Assembly (NCBI RefSeq): GCF_009914755.1
Contig: NC_060932.1
From: the human T2T-CHM13v2.0 reference genome, Homo sapiens
Direction: 5' to 3' (one strand)
Length of the DNA stretch: 64,000 bases
Shown here: in pieces, positions 12,961 through 25,789 of the stretch
Layout of the letters: every line of letters begins with the position of its first letter
How positions within the stretch are numbered: the stretch's first letter is position 1
Program-made: the position numbers and the translations under genes
The notes under the pieces: model-generated
The model's database searches: none
Told to the model about the DNA's origin: nothing
Seen by the model: only the letters and a program-made list of their open reading frames with translations

Positions 12961-13286
12961 TTTTAAATTACATAGGCCACAATCTCATCTTTTTACACTC
13001 CACTTACTCTTAGAGTTTGTGAATCAAGAGCCTAAATTTGAAGCTTTTTACTAGAAGAATGCCTAAAGACATTTTTTTCTTTCTGTTGATGAATATATTC
13101 ATTAAACCAAAGGAAGATTACAGTGATTATCTTGGAACTTGAAAAGGTCAATTTCATTAACTTCAGCAAAACAGGATAGACTGGCAGATACTAGAGTCTG
13201 GAAAGCCCACGTAGGTAGGAGTGAGCAAGAGAACAAACCCAGCAAATTCTAGGAAAAAAAAAAAACTGGTCCAGGTGATAGGTTAT

Positions 13287-13666
13287 TGTATTAGTCCATT
13301 CTTGCATTGCTATCAGGAACTACCCGAGACTGGGTAATTTATGAAGAAAAGAGGTTTAATTGACTCACAGTTCCACAGGCTGTACAGGAAACATTGCTGG
13401 GGAGGCCTCAGGAAACATACAATCATGGTGGAAAGCGAAGGGGAAGCAGGCACATCCTCACATGGCAGAGCAGAAGAGAGACCAAAGGGGAAGATACCAC
13501 ACACTTTTGAATAGCCAGATCTTGTGAGAACTCTATCATGAGACAACACTAGGGGATTAGAAACCACCTCCATGATCCAATCACCACCCACCAGGCCCTA
13601 CCTCCTACACTGAGGATTACAATTGAACATGAGATTTGGGTGCAGACACAGAGCCAAACCAAGTCA
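13287..13666 (-). mobile_element. MaLR solo LTR, MSTA-like
   Basis: tgtattagtccattcttgcattgctat ... gagccaaaccaagtca; TSD gttat/gtcat. Confidence 0.92.
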
Positions 13667-13899
13667 GTCATGGAAAGAGGAGGCTTATTCAATAGAACAG
13701 TTGTAGTCAGAGCAGGTGGCACCAGGAAGACCCAAAGCTGGGTCCAATAAGGGGGAGTTCAGGAGCAAAGGATATTTGGAGACTCAAGAAAATAGGAGGG
13801 AGGAGGTTGATATCTGGGACATTTGTTGGAAAGTGGCAAGGACCAAGTCACTTATGGGAAGCAGCAGGGAGACATGAATCCCTTGGAGAAGGTCAGCCT

Positions 13900-14070
13900 T
13901 TCTAAGTCAGACAGATCTGCCTTCAAAGTCTGGCTCTGCTGCCTGCTAATCTTTGACCTGGAGAAAGCTGTTAAATCACCATGGATCTTGATTTCTTTAT
14001 CCATATGGCATGTCAAGGAGCTGGCTTAGTGCATAGCACATACAATACATACAGTGTTTGTTGTTATACA
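13900..14070 (+). mobile_element. MIR SINE fragment
   Basis: agtcagacagatctg-cttcaaa...tgacctggagaaag. Confidence 0.6.
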
Positions 14071-14829
14071 CATGCAGCCTAGCATTTCTAGGATTGCTGA
14101 ATTTTTCCTTTGACAAAGGGTATATTTGTAGATGTATAGTGTAAAATGAGTTGACAGTTGTATACTCAGACTCCAGTATGCCATATTTACCTTGTCTTCT
14201 GGAATAGTTGCCTCACCTTTCCCCAAACCTCCTACCAAAGTCCTCTGTAGTGTGGCTGGTTAAAAAAACTATAGAAAACCTTGAGGCTGTCGTTTCCTGA
14301 CAAGTAACAGCAGTGCCTGCAATGCCTTGATGCTGGGGCTATTTGCGGGATTATCTCTTCTTGGATATCCTTCAAGTCCCCCTTGCTTTCTAGTACTTAG
14401 TCCTAGTTCTGTTTTCATAAAGTCTCAAAAAGACTTGCCTATTCATCTGTTTTCGTAAAGTGTCAAAAAGCTCTCCAATCAAGCATACAGAAGTTAACAA
14501 ATGCTGATGCTAAATTTCAGAGCATTGAGCCCATACACCTGGAAAACCTTTTGCCTAATTGTCTTGTTTGGTCCTCTGGTAGAGGTGGTTGAGCCTATCC
14601 CTTAGGGGGCCATAGATGTAGGGAACCATTTGGAGCTTGGCAATGTCAATGTTTAGAACTGGGCATTTATTGCCTGAAGGTGTATGTTATATACCAAGTT
14701 CTTCTTGAACAGAGTTGATCCTAATATCCTGAGAACAAGAAAGTACTTCTCGGGAAAGTACTTTATGAATTTCTGTGATTTGTTATGTTAACAGCAAACA
14801 AAAAAATGACATAACAATAAAGTAAGAAC

Positions 14830-15282
14830 CGTGCAGGGTGCATACCAGCTATTTTTAGCTGCTCAGAATCCATTTTTCTTCCTTTGGGAAATGGTATCTC
14901 AGTTTTCCTTTGGGCTCCCACCCTCATCCCCAACTCTAAGTCCATGTGATGGGCAGATGACTGAAGTCTTGCCAGTCAACATTTTTTATTTGCTAGTCAT
15001 GACACTTAGTTTAACAGTGACTGAGCCAATGAAATTCAACCCCAAGACTTTGCTGAACTATTAGGAAAGAGACCGTTATGGTCATTCAGCTGGTAGAACA
15101 CAAGCCTGGAAGTGGTGGTGGTCATCTTGCCAACATATGAGGAGAGCTTATTTAGAGCCAAGTCGTGCCTAAAACCACAATCCTCTGGACTACTTAGTCA
15201 CGTGAGCCATTTAAATGGTTTTTGCTTATGTCAGTTTGGTTGTATTTCTGTCACTTGCAATTGAAAGATTCCTGACTAATTT
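14830..15282 (+). mobile_element. ERVL solo LTR, LTR16-like
   Basis: 3' end cagtttggttgtatttctgtcacttgcaattgaaagattcctgactaat; internal gagccaatga and ggtcatcttgcca. Confidence 0.7.
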
Positions 15283-15729
15283 AGCTGGGTTTCTGAAGTT
15301 GTTGAAATCCAAAGCTAAATGTAATGCTATTGAACTGAAGACTTCTCTAAATTGTTGAAAATCCAAATAGCAAATCTGAGGACTGAATGTGATTTCTGTT
15401 TATCATTAAGATAAAAAAAATTCTGAGCAAAAAATATCACCACACGCCTTCCAAAACTAAAAATAATACACTAGGTAGCAAAAAGGATACCAGCTTGCAA
15501 TTTTCAGTGGCATTACTATTACCTCTGAGCATTACAGGTAAATACCATACATTTATCTGAGATCAGATGTTTAATCTAGATTATTTCTAGAGTTCCTTCT
15601 GATTCTTTAGTTCTAGACAACTATGTAGAAAATCAGGTATGATTTGACTTTTTTTGCCATAGTGTCATTTTATGGCGACATTGAAAGGGAGCCATGGACA
15701 ATAAGAGTAGCAGGATATTATACAACATA

Positions 15730-15910
15730 CATGGATTTTGGAACCAGACAGACGTTTCAGAATTCTGGCTAAATGACCTTGGAAAATTAACATAACCACT
15801 CAGTTTCAGTTTTGTCATTTCATGTAACATGGGAATAATGATACTTACTCCACCCTTAAAGACCAAGTGAAATGCTGTATACTAAATCTAATGTTGTGCT
15901 TGATGCATAG
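15730..15910 (+). mobile_element. MIR SINE
   Basis: ggaaccagacagac...tgaccttggaaaattaacataaccactcagtttcagttttgtcatt core. Confidence 0.75.
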
Positions 15911-17078
15911 AATCCTAGTTTTTAAGTTCTATAAAGGAGACTTAGTTATAAATGAAGTTTCTAAAGTCACCTGTTATGTATTTGTGTAAATGATGCCCTC
16001 ATTCATGCCTAGAAAACCCAGAATAAATCTGCTACATGTTTTACACATGAGACACCATTCTCTCCCTAAACAGATATATTTTTAAGTAGTTATCCGAGTT
16101 TAGATTTGTTTCAGCAAAACAAGCGGCAATTATGGGAAACAGATTTCTCTAAGACTAGTTTGGGGAAATAATGCATAACCCTGGCTTAGGTTGAGAATAC
16201 AATCATTTGAAATGCAGACACAAAGACCATTGGAAAGAAAGCTGGGTATTTGTAATACATAATGATAAAATACTATATACTATGTTGATTTTACTAGTGA
16301 GTGGATATTTTATTTTTGATATGCTCTATGTTTTTAAAGGTTTTGTAATCTGAATTATAGATGATACCAAGTATTCGCTAAGTTCCAAATAGCATCTGTT
16401 TCTTGCCATTTGATTTTTATTTTTTCTGGAAATGCATATTTTGATGATGCTAAAACCATAAATCTTTCTCGACAGTGCTCTCTTAGTTTTAATAAGTAGT
16501 AGCTAGGGCCAATTTCCATTTACAGTTGTTGAATGTTAAACAGCATTGGAGAATGTTAAGTTGTTAGATAACTGACTAGTTTTCTCAAACCTCCTCTGGT
16601 AATTAACCATGCCTCCTACTCCCTTTGCCACACTCCAAAGGGAATATGCTAATCCACTATTAGCTTTACAGCAATGGCTTAATATTCCATTTCAAGAACT
16701 TGTGCACAAGCATTGTGTAAATTGATTTCATTCCATTGGGAATTCACACCCAGAAGCACTGCCCTGACATGAGAGTAGGAGTGAAGAGGACCTCACAACT
16801 CTCCCAGCTATAGGGCCCTGCATGATACATGGTACATGAAAAGGGATCAGTGCATGTTTGTGGACTGAATGAAAAAATAACCACTGTAATTCTCTACTAT
16901 AATGTTTTTGCTCACAAAACATCCAAATTGATTTAATCCAAAGGAGATGGAAAGTAATGCTGTGTGTGGGAAAACATGAATTCAGGCCTGTTAGTTTTTC
17001 TAGTAAGGTTCCTTGATGTGCCTTTCAGGAACAAGGCCTATGGGACTCTGTGACTCAGGAACACAGTACTTTTCCTGA

Positions 17079-17558
<480 letters not shown>

Positions 17559-17714
17559 TAAACTTTTATGAAAAAAATCCTACACAGCTACATTAAAAAA
17601 CATCACTCTGAATCTCTCTCATGTCTATTCAAAGTCACACAGATTTGCCATTTTTTTTTCAGGTGGATTGGAAGCATATGCTCTGTAGATGGTTCTGTGT
17701 CTATGGTCTCTTTT

Positions 17715-17810
17715 AGTCCTCACTACAAGTCATGAAACAATTCTGAGGCATTGTTATTTCCATTTGATGGATGAGGATACAGAGGCTTAAAGAGGTAAAA
17801 GTCATTTTCA
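17715..17810 (-). mobile_element. MIR fragment
   Basis: ccatttgatggatgaggatacagaggcttaaagaggtaaa. Confidence 0.7.
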
Positions 17811-18089
17811 CTTAAGGATAGTATCTTGGTCTTGAACAGAGATGGCAGGAAATAGAAGCAGACAGGCAGGATGCTATGTCTGGACAAAATACTTTAGAAG
17901 TGGACATACCTTTATGGTTAATCTTCCTCTTATGATGCAAGAGGTTTCGTTGTGAATATGTTAAAAAATGCATTTATTTTACAGTCTTAATATCTCTGAG
18001 ACACTCCAGGGTCTTGTGTACTAGCTTTTATGTAATACGATCTTTTAATGACTGCCTCCCTTACTTCCTATGTCACCACTTACTTTCTA

Positions 18090-18370
18090 AAGTATTTTAA
18101 GTCCCAGCTCAGATGTTACCCCTCAGAGATGCCTTCTAAGATTGCTCTGGACCCTCCAATCACTCTCTATCCCAATGTCCCATTTCATTTCTTTCATAAC
18201 TTCTTTTGCTGTTGAAAAATCATATTTTTTATTGTGTGTATCTCTACTGGGAATGGGAGCTGCCTAGGAGAATGGTCCTTGTTTGTCTTACTTGCCTCTC
18301 CATCCCCAGTCCTTAGAATAGTGCCTGGATAAATTATTGCATATGCTTCAAGATGCATACTAAGGTAAAT
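18090..18370 (+). mobile_element. L2 3' end
   Basis: cagctcagatgttacccctcagagatgccttct...catccccagtccttagaatagtgcctgg. Confidence 0.75.
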
Positions 18371-18819
18371 GGCATGACTCTGATCCTTAAATACTGAGGG
18401 ATTGGCAAGGGCAAGGCACTGGTGTGGCCCAGTCACAGACAGATGGAAGATGAATGGCAGTACTTCCTTTCTTTGCCAGCCGTTGGATTGTTCTGGCTGA
18501 GTGCACTAAGGTGGGTATAATTATCTCTTATGGCCTGCCCAAACAAGTGCCCAAATCCCAGTATAAAGCGATCTTTATCTAGGTCTCTATAGGCATTGAC
18601 TGGGTTGTTTGAAGCCAAAGCAGCCTCAGTACATACTCATAACTCCTGGGACATTAAATAGATCCTAACTAATCCTAGGGATTTCTGTTTCAATATAGGA
18701 TATGTGTAGATTGCTTTGAAAATGACCAAACTCCTGGATCCCTGCAAATGACTGTACGTAGTGATTCAGATAAAACCCTATTCTTCACCAGGTGCTATGA
18801 GAATTGCTTTAATACCACT

Positions 18820-18990
18820 TAATTTCATCTTTAAACACATATACGATTATTAGAGACATATACTATTATTATCCCCATTTTTAGATGAGGAATCTGAAGC
18901 TTAGAGAGAGTAAATGACTTGCCTAGGTCCCACTGCTAGTTGAGGAGGGGTACAAACCTAGCTGACTCTTCTCAAAATTGATACTTACTG
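18820..18990 (-). mobile_element. MIR
   Basis: attattatccccatttttagatgaggaatctgaagcttagagagagtaaatgacttgcc. Confidence 0.8.
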
Positions 18991-19234
18991 CCTAATTGGC
19001 AAAGATCTGATGTCCCATTCTGCTGTGGCCTAAAACCTTTAAGAAAATTATGTTTATCAGCTATGAATGAATGCTCACAGTTCGAGGATGGGCCTAAGAG
19101 ACATTGGCAGACACTTGGTTTAGAAGTTAACAAATAAGTCAAATGAAATCATAATTTTTAAGTCCTTAAAAATAGAAGTCTTATGCAAATCAATTTTTGA
19201 AAATTGGCTATATTAATTGATTTGAACTATATAT

Positions 19235-19410
19235 GTACTCTGGAAACAGACAGACTTGAGTTCAAAGCCCAGCAGTTACTTAATGCTATGTAACCTTCAA
19301 TAAGTTTCTTATTCTTTTTAGATTGAATATGGATTCCAATACCTATCTCACAAAATTTATGCAAGGAGAGCAGCCAGTTCAGTGCTTGGAGCACATAGAA
19401 GGGGGAACAA
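19235..19410 (+). mobile_element. MIR
   Basis: cagacagacttgagttcaaagcccagc...atacctatctcac...gtgcttggagcacatag. Confidence 0.7.
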
Positions 19411-20377
19411 AACATTATTTTCTTTCCTTTAAGTATTATGGTTGGGAATTTTTTGGTTGTGAAGTTTTGTTTTCCTAAATTTCATGTTCTCCCAGTCATG
19501 TTAAAATTTTATGTCTATTCATTTCATTTCTTTCCTCAAGTATAGTTTAAAGATCACAATTCATTTCTTAAGACTTGTGCATCATTGCTCTGGTAAATCT
19601 CTTGGTCTTCATAGTAGTTGATAAGGTTTACTTTTCTTCTTCATTGAATCCTCCCACACCTCATCCCTGACCAGAGTGTTTCTTTTTGGCTTTCATTTTA
19701 CCTCTGTTTATCATTCATGAACGTATGCCACAGCTTCTTTTGACATTATACTTAAAAAGTCCCCCCAAAGCATGCTTTTTAAAAGTTGGGGCACAGCGAC
19801 CTTGCGAGAACATTCTTCTTGAAGGGGTAGTATTAGACCCTGACCAAATGATATCACCTTAAAAAGCTGGATTTTTTTAAAAGTCATTTTTTATGGTCAT
19901 TGTCTAGAAACACTTGTGGTAAGAAGTAAAAATTCAAGCATGAAGTAGCTTAGTCATGACCTATATCAGCAGCAAAAACAAGGGCCATTAACTTGATTGG
20001 AACATATGAATCTGAAAGTGCAGCTATTCAAATAAAAATAGCCAGCTCTATGAGTCCAAGCAGGGCAAAAAACTACCTCCAACAGGAGAGAGACAATGTA
20101 AAGGCAATAAAATGTAAATTGTCTATAATATTGCTCTCAGAATAATGTCAATTTGTTTACACTTGACAGGCTACATTTAATAAACTTATCCACAATTTTT
20201 GTTCTGTTTATAAGACAAAACAAGCTGGATAGCTTGCATATTTGTCACAGACATTTCAGGGCATATGTGCAAAATTATAATAAACATACTCTTTTTGCAA
20301 ACTCCTACTATTACTTTGTTCCTGAAAGCTCTGGGCTGCCAGGCTATTTTTGCATTGCCTAAGTCACTCCAAGGCGA

Positions 20378-20522
20378 GCCAGGTGCCATGGTGCACACCT
20401 GTAGTTCTAGCTACTCAGGAGGCTGAGGCAGGAGGATTGCTTGAGCACAGGAATTCGAGATCAGCCTGAGCAACATGGTGAGACCCCACCTCTACAAAAA
20501 GATAAAACAAAAAAACCCAAAA
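20378..20522 (+). mobile_element. FLAM_A-like Alu monomer
   Basis: Single monomer gccaggtgccatggtgcacacctgtagttctagctactcaggagg...gagatcagcctgagcaacatggtgagacc plus A-rich tail. Confidence 0.85.
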
Positions 20523-20906
20523 ACTTACCAGGGTGCAAAAAGGCTGCCATCAGTGCTAGAACCCTAGTACTACAATCCTTCTGACTCCATACTGTCTAAA
20601 GGTAGATTACTCAGTTTTCTCTCTGTATTCTTGTCTTAGGTGCTATTGTGCTTAGAGTTGACTGTGAGGCAAGCCTCTGCATCTGTACAGGAATAGAACT
20701 ACGATACCAAAAAGTACTTCTGATCTCCTTTTATTGGTTGTGAATAAGCACTAGTATCCTCATTTTACAGATGAAGAAACTAAATCTCAAAGGTGCTAAG
20801 TAAGTTACTGAGAGATGCTGAGTCACACTGATACTAAGTGAGTCATGCTGTTAGTGGGATTGTGAGTAGCAGTCACACTATCTGTAAGTTGCAAACTAAC
20901 TGGACT

Positions 20907-21019
20907 CAGGGTGACCAATTTTCCCAGTTTGCTTAGGACGGAGGGGTTTCCTGGGAAGCAGGACTTTCCATACTAAAACTAGGACAGTCCCAGGCAAACC
21001 AGGATGGTTGGTAACCCTA
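20907..21019. mobile_element. MER81 hAT-Blackjack MITE, near full length
   Basis: TIRs agggtgaccaa / ttggtaaccct; internal gggg-tttcc-ggga, ggacagtcccaggcaaacc. Confidence 0.85.
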
Positions 21020-21941
21020 GATGTCTGATTTTAGAAACACTACACTCTTTATCTTTCTGCTTCAGGCTCTAAAATATTTGGCTCTCCTTAAAATCTTTTG
21101 CCGTCATATCCTGCTGTAATCTTCACCCACCCACCACTTCTTCTGCTAGTTTAGTCGGCAGACTGTGCTTACCATTGCATTTGCTGTGAGACTCTTACTA
21201 CAAATTGCAGCCCATTTACCCTCTTTTCTGGGCCACAGGAAATCGCGGGCTGACAACTCAGTGTCTATGTGGTTTTCTGAGCCTTTAGCTCTATTGGATT
21301 TCTAGCCAGAAAATTATTATTCTTCCTTTTTGGTGACAACTATGTTAAAAAGAAAAACTCAACAATTCTCTTGATTTCAAAGATGACAAGGTCTATAAAG
21401 AGGGAAAAAGCTAAAGACCTCTGGGCATTGAAATTCTTCCATCCAGATACTCTGATGCTATAATGATGGTTCCTGTTAACCATCAAATCATCTGTCAGGG
21501 ATGCCTCAGCTGCACTTGGCAATTTCTCTCAGCAGAGGAGCATCCTGATGGTGAAAGGCTCCTGGCACCTGCTCTTATTGGCCTTGCTCTTCTTAGCAAG
21601 AATCCTCCCTTTAGGTTCCTCCCTTTAGTTGATCCTATTATTTTTGACAGCTTTGAGAGATAGCAACTGCTTCTAGTGGCTTCTTTCACTGATGGCAACA
21701 ATCCTCTTAACAGCAGCTTTTCTGAGACTTTGCTGGGGTCTTTTGTTTTTTTCAGAAAGCCCCATGCTTCCTCTATAGCTGATAACTTAGTTTGATACTT
21801 AGTAGGTACTAGAGTGCTTATTAAGCCCTGTAGTGACAAACCATGGTGCTTTACCACGCTCTATGGCAGTGTTGTTCAAACTGTAGGTCCTTACTCCTTA
21901 GTGAGTCATAAATCAATATAGCAGGTCGAAAGCAGTCATTT

Positions 21942-23191
21942 TGTTACATGTGGCAGATATCTGAGTTACCCCAAGTTTCTGGCGTCACATCCATATGGGT
22001 CTGCAGTAACATCTGTCCCTGCCTCCTCAGAAGCAACAATTCAACAGAGGGGCATAAAGCAGAAAAAGAGACAGAGGCAAATTTCAGAGCGGGAGTGAAA
22101 GTTTAATTAAAAAAGCTTTAGAACAGGAAAGAAAGGAAAGTTCACTTGGAAGAGATCCAAGAGGGCACCTGGAGGTCAAAGAGAGAAGGGAGTGTTTAGC
22201 CTTGATCCTAGGGCTATATAGGCCCCTCTTTCCCATGATTATTCCCTTAGGGTGGGCTCTCCTTACCCTTAGGAACTGAGCACACACAGTGTGTGTAGGA
22301 AGTTGCATGCATGCCCATCTGAAGCTTTCTTCCCTTTTTCCAGTGGAGTGCACCCGGAAGGTCATGTTTCACCATTTTGTCTTTAAGTGCACATGCCCAG
22401 AAGGTTTTTCTCCCCAGTAGCTGCATTCAGTCAACACTTTAATGTTAATAGCTGTGGATCATCAGGAAATGGCCTCTCCCTGGCACCCTTGGTGGGCTGT
22501 GAAATTATCATTTTTAGAGAGGCAGTGTGATAATGATACAGGAGGTAAGAAGAAATTACTTAGGTTGGCTAATGAGGGTACAGAAGTCCTCAGTAAGGTT
22601 TTCTTTTTAATGAAAAGCAGCCCCAAATCATTTTCCTTTCTAACAAAGAGCAGCCTGTAAAATCGAGCCACAGTCATAGATGCCAGCAGTTGTGCCAGTT
22701 GTGTTCAAAATGGCGGCCCCATCTTCCCTTCTCTTTATCAGCCACATGTACAGTAAGGAGCAGACTCCGGTTAACAGGAGGGTTCATTTGCATGGTAAGA
22801 TTAGGGTGGGGTGGTCAGCCTTCCCACATGCTATGTAAATGTCATACCTGATGGAACCAATCTGTGAGCCCTTTGTAAATCAGACACTGCCTCCTCAAAC
22901 CTGACTATAAAATCCAGCACATCTGCTGCCCACCAGTCCTTTCTGCTGGGAGACCTCTCTCTATAGAGAGAGAGCTGTTTCTCTTTCTCTTCTCTTCTGC
23001 CTATTAAACCTCTGCTCGTAAACTCTTCGTGTGTGTCCATGTCCTAAATTTTCCTGGCGCAAGACGATGAACCCCAGGGTATATACCCCAGACTACGTAG
23101 CCACTTAAGTAATTGTTGAACCTGACATTCCTAGTGGGTGGGGGGAGAGCCCTCTCCTGCCCAGCTGACGCCTATCTGACTACCTGTAACA
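21942..23191 (-). mobile_element. ERV1 solo LTR, MER50 group (MER50B-like), interrupted by LTR9
   Basis: Termini tgttaca/tgtaaca; minus-strand start tgttacaggtagtcagatagg...gggcaggagagggctctcccc; perfect TSD attt/attt. Confidence 0.85.
22534..23108 (+). mobile_element. ERV1 solo LTR, LTR9 family
   Basis: Starts tgatacaggag...aagaaatt; aaaagcagccccaaatcatt...ctaacaaagagcagcctg; TATA 22906, ATTAAA 23003; TSD ataa/gtaa. Confidence 0.85.
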
Positions 23192-23679
23192 ATTTAGGAA
23201 AAAAAAATTTTTAAGACATAGAATAGAAAACTAGGAATACATTAAATATAGTAAGGATTCGTGTAGTTTCATAAAATTTTTATTTCATTATTGTATACGT
23301 GTGTGTGATTGTACACATGCAAAAAATCTTTTAGAAAGATATTTGTAGGAAGACATTCATCATACTGTTTCTGAAAGTAGCAACACATTGAAAACACCTA
23401 AATGTTCACTGGGAGGGGATCATAAGCTCCATGCATGCCACATCTAAAATATTCATTAAATTTTTTATTTTTTTTTCTGTACAGTAAACAAGTCATTTTC
23501 ATAATTAAGAACTTATTTTATTCTTTTGGCACTGCATTAGATAAGTAAACTTACTGAAAACCGCATGGTATCCCAGATTAAACTGCCCCACTTGGCCTTT
23601 CTTGGAACCTCAAGGTAAGGAAAAATTCCATTGATTCACCCGAGTTCCAAAGGAATGTCCCTACACACACAAAGGGCAT

Positions 23680-23870
23680 ACTCATTTACTCAACAAAAAT
23701 GTATTAACCTCCTTTTTTGTGAGAGCCATTAAGCCAGATTCAAGGGATTCAGAGATGAATGGAGCATGATCTCTCTCTTTTACGAGTTCATAGCCTGCTA
23801 AGGAAGAAAATAAATAATTCTTGCACTATATAATAAGTGCTCAAGTAAAGATATGACACTATGCTGTGGC
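23680..23870 (-). mobile_element. L2 3' end (antisense)
   Basis: ctcatttactcaacaaaaatgtattaac...ggggattcagagatgaat...gagttcatagcct. Confidence 0.65.
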
Positions 23871-24059
23871 TCATGAATTCTGACCTCATCACTCCCTTTT
23901 TGCTATATCTTAAACTTTAATAATTTAGGGGCTGGGAAAATACTCTAAATTTATCTTTCCAGTTTCCTTGTTTGCCTGAGGCCTGGGAAAAAGCCTTGCA
24001 AATCAAGTCCCAGTAACAAAGGTGATCATTCCACAGCCCTTTAAGTAGAGATGTTAATT

Positions 24060-24285
24060 AGAGGCAGTATAATGGAGTGATTAAGAACATGGGTTTGGGA
24101 TTCAGCGTATGATGATATAGTTTATAATTTCACTGCTCTGTGACCTATGTAAGTCATTCAATTTATCTGAGTTTCATTATTCATATTTGTACTTTATAAG
24201 GTTATCAGCCCTTTACTGTATTGAGATTAAAGTACTTAGCATAGTCCCCAGCACAGAGTAGGGCTCATCAGATGCTAGTAACAGT
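24060..24285 (+). mobile_element. MIR
   Basis: gaggcagtataatggagtgattaagaacatggg...aaagtacttagcatagtccccagcacagagtagggctca. Confidence 0.75.
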
Positions 24286-24904
24286 TGTTTTTCTGGGCTC
24301 TGATGGTTCCAAATTGTTGTCTGGACATATAAAACTAAGTTGATGTTTCTCTTCTGAGCATTTACTATATTAATATGGGCACCAAGAAAGTTCAAATTTT
24401 GTATAAATTAGTTTTTAATACACTAAATGACTTTTGCCAGAGAGGTTGTATAGATTAATAGATTGAGAATTGAGAAAAATCATTAAGTGAGAAACTGAAA
24501 ACTGTGAAAAATCTCATATATATTTTAAGTAAGTCTTAGTAAAGATTTTTGGGGAAGTTGACTGACTGATGACTTGTCTGCTGGATGGAGGTCACTGAGG
24601 GCAGTCATTTAGAGAAAGGAGGGGCCATTCCAGTAATCACCAGTTCATTTTTTCCTTTGCTTCTCTTGGAAGATTCCAGCTTATGTCACTTTTCTACAGT
24701 TCTCAAAGTTCGTGTCTTTATAGCTCTGATCTGGGAAGATTAATGTTTGTATACCTCAAAACAAACAAAAATAAAACAATATTGTCCAATAATGGCAATT
24801 TTGCATTTTGTAAACAAGAGTTTCATTCTTTGAATAGCTGTAAATTTATGATAGAAAGTTTATTTTCCTCCTATTCTGATTCTGACTCATTTCTACAAGT
24901 AGCT

Positions 24905-25260
24905 GAATAAGTCAGAATCCTTTCAGTTGCAAGTGGTACATCCAGAGGTAGTTGAGCTTCAGGCACAACTTGATCTGATAGACCAAACGATGCCACCAGG
25001 GAGTCTTCTCTCTGGCCCTGTTAGTTCTTTTCTTCTGTGTGAACATCATCCCAATGCAAGCTTTCCCCAAGGGGTGCAGAAGACTGAGCAACAGCTTTAG
25101 GCTTACACAACTTCCAGCTTAGCAGCTGAAGCTAAAAGTGAACTATCTTTCTCGATAGGATAAGTCTGGGCTGATTTTATTGACACAGATTGGGATCTAC
25201 ACGTGTCCTTGTCCATGAAAGCCGAGGTGTTATTTCTGCCCGGATCCTCAAATGAGATCA
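24905..25260 (-). mobile_element. ERVL LTR fragment, LTR16/LTR33-like
   Basis: agtcagaatcctttcagttgcaagtg...gcttcaggcacaacttgatc. Confidence 0.55.
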
Positions 25261-25389
25261 GAAGCCAGGCAGGCAGAAACCAAGCCAGACAAACAAACAA
25301 AACCAGAATAAAAACAAGAACAAATGCTCACTATATTATTAACTCAATTAGCTTATTTGAGCTAAATGTAAAATTTAGGATAATGGCTC

Positions 25390-25776
25390 TGTTAAAATCT
25401 TTAGACAAATTAAATTTAACAGAGTTTAATTGAGCAAGGAATGATTTGAGAATGGGGCAGCACTCAGAACCAGCAGGGGTTCTGCTCCATAATGTGGGCA
25501 GACAGCACTGATGGAAAGAAAACAGAGGTGAGGAAGAGAAACAGCTTGATTGGTTACAGCTCAGCGTTTGCCTCATTTGAGCATAGCTTCATCAGTTGAC
25601 TGCCTGTGACTGACTGAAGCTCAGCTGCTGTGATAGGCTAAGACTCAGCTGTTTGTTATAACAGTACACTCCTAAATTAGGCTTTCAGTTAGTTTATGCT
25701 AAGTTAGGTTGCAATTTGTTATGTAAAGACTCAAAGTACCAAAGCATCCTCGGGCCAAATTTAGTTGAATTTAACA
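25390..25776 (-). mobile_element. ERV1 solo LTR, MER57/MER93 group
   Basis: tgttaaaa...agacaaattaaatttaacagagtttaattgagcaa...cttgattggttacagctcagcgtttgcc...gaatttaaca. Confidence 0.85.
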
Positions 25777-25789
25777 GCAACTCATTAAG

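Larger units (their letters stand above)
21868..23315. mobile_element. MER112-like hAT-Charlie element split by nested LTRs (pieces 21868-21941 and 23192-23315)
   Basis: cagtgttgttcaaactgtaggtc...ttagtgagtcataaatcaat on the left continues as atagaatagaaaa...tagtaagg...gtttcataaaatttt on the right. Confidence 0.7.

Noticed and set aside
21495-21857. 120-aa minus-strand ORF
   Set aside because: No recognisable domain or convincing exon boundaries; length is within chance expectation.
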